DNA from: Anaerolineae bacterium
Lineage (GTDB): Bacteria > Chloroflexota > Anaerolineae > Aggregatilineales > UBA3940
Assembly (NCBI GenBank): GCA_016926255.1
Contig: JAFGOY010000013.1
Span: forward strand, 2,139 to 66,138
DNA length: 64,000 nucleotides
Direction: 5' to 3'
The notes under the pieces are model-generated. The model was not told the origin of the DNA, ran no database searches, and saw only the letters and a list, made by a program, of their open reading frames with translations. Both the position numbers and the translations under genes were made by a program. Of the stretch, positions 61,344 through 64,000 are shown one piece after another; position 1 is the stretch's first letter, and every line of letters begins with the position of its first letter.

Positions 61344-61387
61344 GCGACCCTTTCTTTACCTCGTGGTTATGAAACCGTCCAATTCGA

Positions 61388-61594
61388 TCAGCCGCCTCGC
61401 CGCTGAAGTTTGGCGACTCGCCGACGGATACGGCGCATCGCCTTTTTCTTCTGGATACGACGAAGCTCGCTCTTGCTAACATGCCAACGCTTCCGTCGAA
61501 CCGTGCTTAGAACGCCGCTTTTTGCTACTTCCTTGCGGAAGCGCTTCAACAGTTGATCCTGGCTTTCACCAGGACGAAGAACTACTTTAGCCAA
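61388..61594 (-). CDS. rpsU: 30S ribosomal protein S21
   Basis: (L)AKVVLRPGESQDQLLKRFRKEVAKSGVLSTVRRKRWHVSKSELRRIQKKKA. I chose the TTG start at 61594 because GGGGGTGA lies upstream, which gives a normal 68-aa S21. The track ORF extends to ATG 61666. Confidence 0.8.
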   Translation of the reverse strand: MAKVVLRPGESQDQLLKRFRKEVAKSGVLSTVRRKRWHVSKSELRRIQKKKAMRRIRRRVAKLQRRGG

Positions 61595-61702
61595 TCTGGG
61601 TCTCACCCCCTCGCTGTTTCTGATTTTTGCAACGCCTGATCCAGACACTGCATCGTTCGTCATCACAAATGGGCGGTGACCCCCTACCCGATTAGCAACG
61701 GG

Positions 61703-62824
61703 TCAGCCACTCGCACCAGCAGCCATATCTTTTATGCTGAGTCCCATACGATGCCGCCGGGGATCGAGCGTAATGATCCGAGCGCGGATGCGGTCGCCGA
61801 TGGAGACGTTTCCGTCATCTTCACCAAGCGATAGTTCACCCATCTCAGAGACATGAAGCAATGCCTCGATGCCCCTATCAAGTTCGACGAACGCCCCAAA
61901 TGATACCACACGAGTAATGGTTCCTTCAACCAGTTGCCCGATCTCCAGGTTTTCTTCGATTTCCTCCCAGGGATTGGGCTGCAACCGTTTCAGGCTCAGA
62001 CCAATGCGCTTCTTGTTTCGATCCACCTGGATGACACTGGCTTCGACCTGCTCGCCGACCCGGACAATCTCGCCGGGACTGTCAATGCGAGACCAGGCCA
62101 GTTCGGAGACGTGGATCAGCCCGTCAGCCCCGCCAATATCGACAAATGCGCCGAAATCGCGCAGACTGCTGACCCTCCCCTGGACAACGTCGCCAACATT
62201 CAGAGTCTCAAGAAGCCGGTCTTTGGCCGCTTCCTGTACATCGGAGAAGGCCAACCGCTGAGAAAGAACGAGCCGACGTCGCCGGGGATTGACCTCGATC
62301 ACCTTGAGCATAAGCTCCTGCCCGACGAACTGCCGCAGGGCGTCGAGCCGTTCGTCGTCGGTGTCACCACGCGGCAGATCGGAGATATGTGAGGATGGGA
62401 CAAAGCCGCGCAGTTCGCCGAAGGGGACGATCAAGCCGCCCCGGTTGACGGCGACCACCGTCCCGGAGAACATCTGATCGCTGTCCATCAATTCACGCGC
62501 CGCGTCCCAATCTTTGCAGGCCGCAGCCTGATGAAGCGAGACAACCAGATTCCCGTCACGATCCTCAGCCCTGATCACCATCACCGAGACACACTGCCCG
62601 ACTTTGTACTGAAACGCCTCGCCCATCGCCTCGACATCGCTCCGGGGAACAACACCGTCGCGCTTCAAGCCAACATCGACGATGACACCATAGTCATCGA
62701 CAGCCAGAATCGTCCCGGTGAGAATATCGCCCCGCGACACGCTTTCGAGGTCTTCAAATGACCGTTCGAGCAGGGTGGCGAAATCAAGTTGAGACTCATC
62801 AGTTGATACAGTTGACGACACCAT
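61703..62824 (-). CDS. rpsA: S1 RNA-binding protein with four S1 domains (ribosomal protein S1, short form)
   Basis: Four repeats of the G.V......G..V.+G....G.+H.S+ pattern (e.g. GRVSSLRDFGAFVDIGGADGLIHVSEL and GTITRVVSFGAFVELDRGIEALLHVSEM). Confidence 0.75.
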   Translation of the reverse strand: MVSSTVSTDESQLDFATLLERSFEDLESVSRGDILTGTILAVDDYGVIVDVGLKRDGVVPRSDVEAMGEAFQYKVGQCVSVMVIRAEDRDGNLVVSLHQAAACKDWDAARELMDSDQMFSGTVVAVNRGGLIVPFGELRGFVPSSHISDLPRGDTDDERLDALRQFVGQELMLKVIEVNPRRRRLVLSQRLAFSDVQEAAKDRLLETLNVGDVVQGRVSSLRDFGAFVDIGGADGLIHVSELAWSRIDSPGEIVRVGEQVEASVIQVDRNKKRIGLSLKRLQPNPWEEIEENLEIGQLVEGTITRVVSFGAFVELDRGIEALLHVSEMGELSLGEDDGNVSIGDRIRARIITLDPRRHRMGLSIKDMAAGASG

Positions 62825-63044
62825 ATCTAAGCATCCCCCAGCCGTATTTACAGCCCAGCGATTCTCTGAATGCCCATTACTAAACCGTTATATGATTAAA
62901 CGTTTTACAAAATGGGAATCAATGAACCTAGCATGGAACTGTCAACGTATTCTAACCCCCAATTGAGGCGAATGTCAATCACTTTTTGATCGGCCTCATG
63001 TTCATTTTGCAGGCCAGATCGACACCTATCGCAAGTTGGGTTCC

Positions 63045-63069
63045 GGGGGCGGATGTAGAGTCCGCCCCC
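63045..63069. terminator. GC-rich hairpin 30 nt downstream of trpB2 (terminator-like, no clear U tract)
   Basis: GGGGGCGGA-tgtagag-TCCGCCCCC, a perfect 9-bp stem. Confidence 0.35.
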
Positions 63070-63098
63070 AAATTCGATTTGTACAGGTTTACACAGTT

Positions 63099-64000
63099 TC
63101 AGTCGCCGACGGCTTCGACAGAAACGACCGGCAAACCGGCCAGCGCCATTGCGATCTCTTCCTCAGGATAGTCATAGTCGACAAGCTGGCCTCCCATATA
63201 GGCGATGTACGCACCCATATCGAAATGACCATGCCCGCTGAGATTGAACAGGATCGTTTCCTCGGAGCCTTCTTCCTTGCAGCGCAGGGCTTCGCTGATC
63301 GCCGCCGAAATGGCATGGTTCGACTCCGGCGCAGGGATGATCCCCTCGGCGCGGGCGAACTGGACACCGGCAGCGAAAACGTCGAGCTGGTGCAGGGCAA
63401 CCGGTTCGATGTAGCCGAGATCGAGCAGGTGGCTGACGAGCGGGGCCATACCGTGATAGCGCAGGCCGCCAGCATGGATTCCGGGCGGGACGAAGGTGCT
63501 GCCCAGGGTGTGCATCTTGACAACCGGGGCAAGGTGGGCAGTATCGCCAAAGTCAAAGGCATAGGGGCCTTTGGTGAGGGTCGGGCAGGCGGCGGGTTCG
63601 ACGGCAATCACGCGGGCATTCGCTTCACCACGAAGCTGCTGGCCGATGAAGGGAAAGACCAGCCCCGCGAAATTCGAGCCGCCGCCGGTGCAGCCGATGA
63701 TCACATCGGGATAGTCGTCGGCCATTTCCATCTGCTTGATCGCTTCCTGGCCGATGATGGTCTGGTGCATCAGGACGTGGTTCAGGACACTGCCAAGACT
63801 GTACTTGGTGTCGTCGTTGAGGGCGGCAACCTCTACCGCCTCGGAGATAGCCATGCCCAGAGAGCCGAGACAGTCGGGGTCTTCAGCGAGGATGGCACGA
63901 CCGGCGTTGGTCTGATCGCTGGGGCTGGGGTAGATCGTCGCACCGTAGGTTTCGATCATGGCGCGACGGTAGGGCTTCTGATCGTAGCTGACGCGAACCA
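63099..64000 (-). CDS. trpB: TrpB2-type tryptophan synthase beta-like PLP enzyme, 3' part (gene continues past the right edge)
   Basis: [53 protein letters not shown] and NLSGHGHFD are typical of long-form TrpB2. The frame is open to position 64000. Confidence 0.75.
   Translation of the reverse strand, partial: VRVSYDQKPYRRAMIETYGATIYPSPSDQTNAGRAILAEDPDCLGSLGMAISEAVEVAALNDDTKYSLGSVLNHVLMHQTIIGQEAIKQMEMADDYPDVIIGCTGGGSNFAGLVFPFIGQQLRGEANARVIAVEPAACPTLTKGPYAFDFGDTAHLAPVVKMHTLGSTFVPPGIHAGGLRYHGMAPLVSHLLDLGYIEPVALHQLDVFAAGVQFARAEGIIPAPESNHAISAAISEALRCKEEGSEETILFNLSGHGHFDMGAYIAYMGGQLVDYDYPEEEIAMALAGLPVVSVEAVGD

Noticed and set aside
1-64000. Scan for CRISPR arrays, tRNA/rRNA genes, IS elements and integrases in all intergenic gaps longer than 80 nt.
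   Set aside because: I saw no regularly spaced direct repeats, no cloverleaf-compatible sequences, and no transposase or recombinase-like translations. This was a by-eye scan only; tRNAscan-SE, Infernal and ISEScan would be needed to confirm.

Overview
This is a GC-rich bacterial chromosomal window (GC judged by eye, not computed). It is densely coded, with many 4-20 nt start/stop overlaps. I found no rRNA, tRNA, CRISPR array, transposase or integrase. Gene content suggests a Chloroflexota-like organism, but that is inference only. Four things stand out. (1) From the left edge to about 16.2 kb there are eleven consecutive genes. Ten encode large polytopic membrane proteins with GT-C-type hallmarks (GT39/ArnT-like, GT87-like, two YfhO-like, and two pairs of unnamed paralogs). 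They surround a single Dpm1/Ppm1-type polyprenyl-phosphate mannose synthase. This is my best candidate for an undescribed extracytoplasmic glycopolymer or glycosylation system. (2) A second envelope locus of about 11 kb lies on one strand (31.8-43.0 kb). It holds dTDP-rhamnose genes (rmlA-like, rfbD; rfbB nearby; no rfbC), GT2/GT4 enzymes, a second polyprenyl-phosphate sugar synthase, two Wzz-like proteins and a BY-kinase. Unexpected passengers are a creatininase-family protein, a cyclophilin-like protein, rnhB, and two unknown membrane proteins at the operon head. A divergent ArsR-type regulator with a clear promoter/operator and two small tandem paralogs sit next to it. (3) A textbook SAM-I riboswitch, with promoter and terminator/antiterminator, controls an archaeal-type S-adenosylmethionine synthetase. 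(4) A coiled-coil zinc-ribbon gene is tightly linked to a gene for a TM-NACHT-HEAT protein whose Walker A lysine is replaced by arginine. The rest is housekeeping: tex, tal, prmA, infA, rpsU, an S1 protein, mtaB, pgeF-yggT-yggU, a GAF histidine kinase with an OmpR-type regulator, a sirtuin, UDG, DegV and TrpB2. All functional calls come from reading motifs in the supplied translations. No database search was run.
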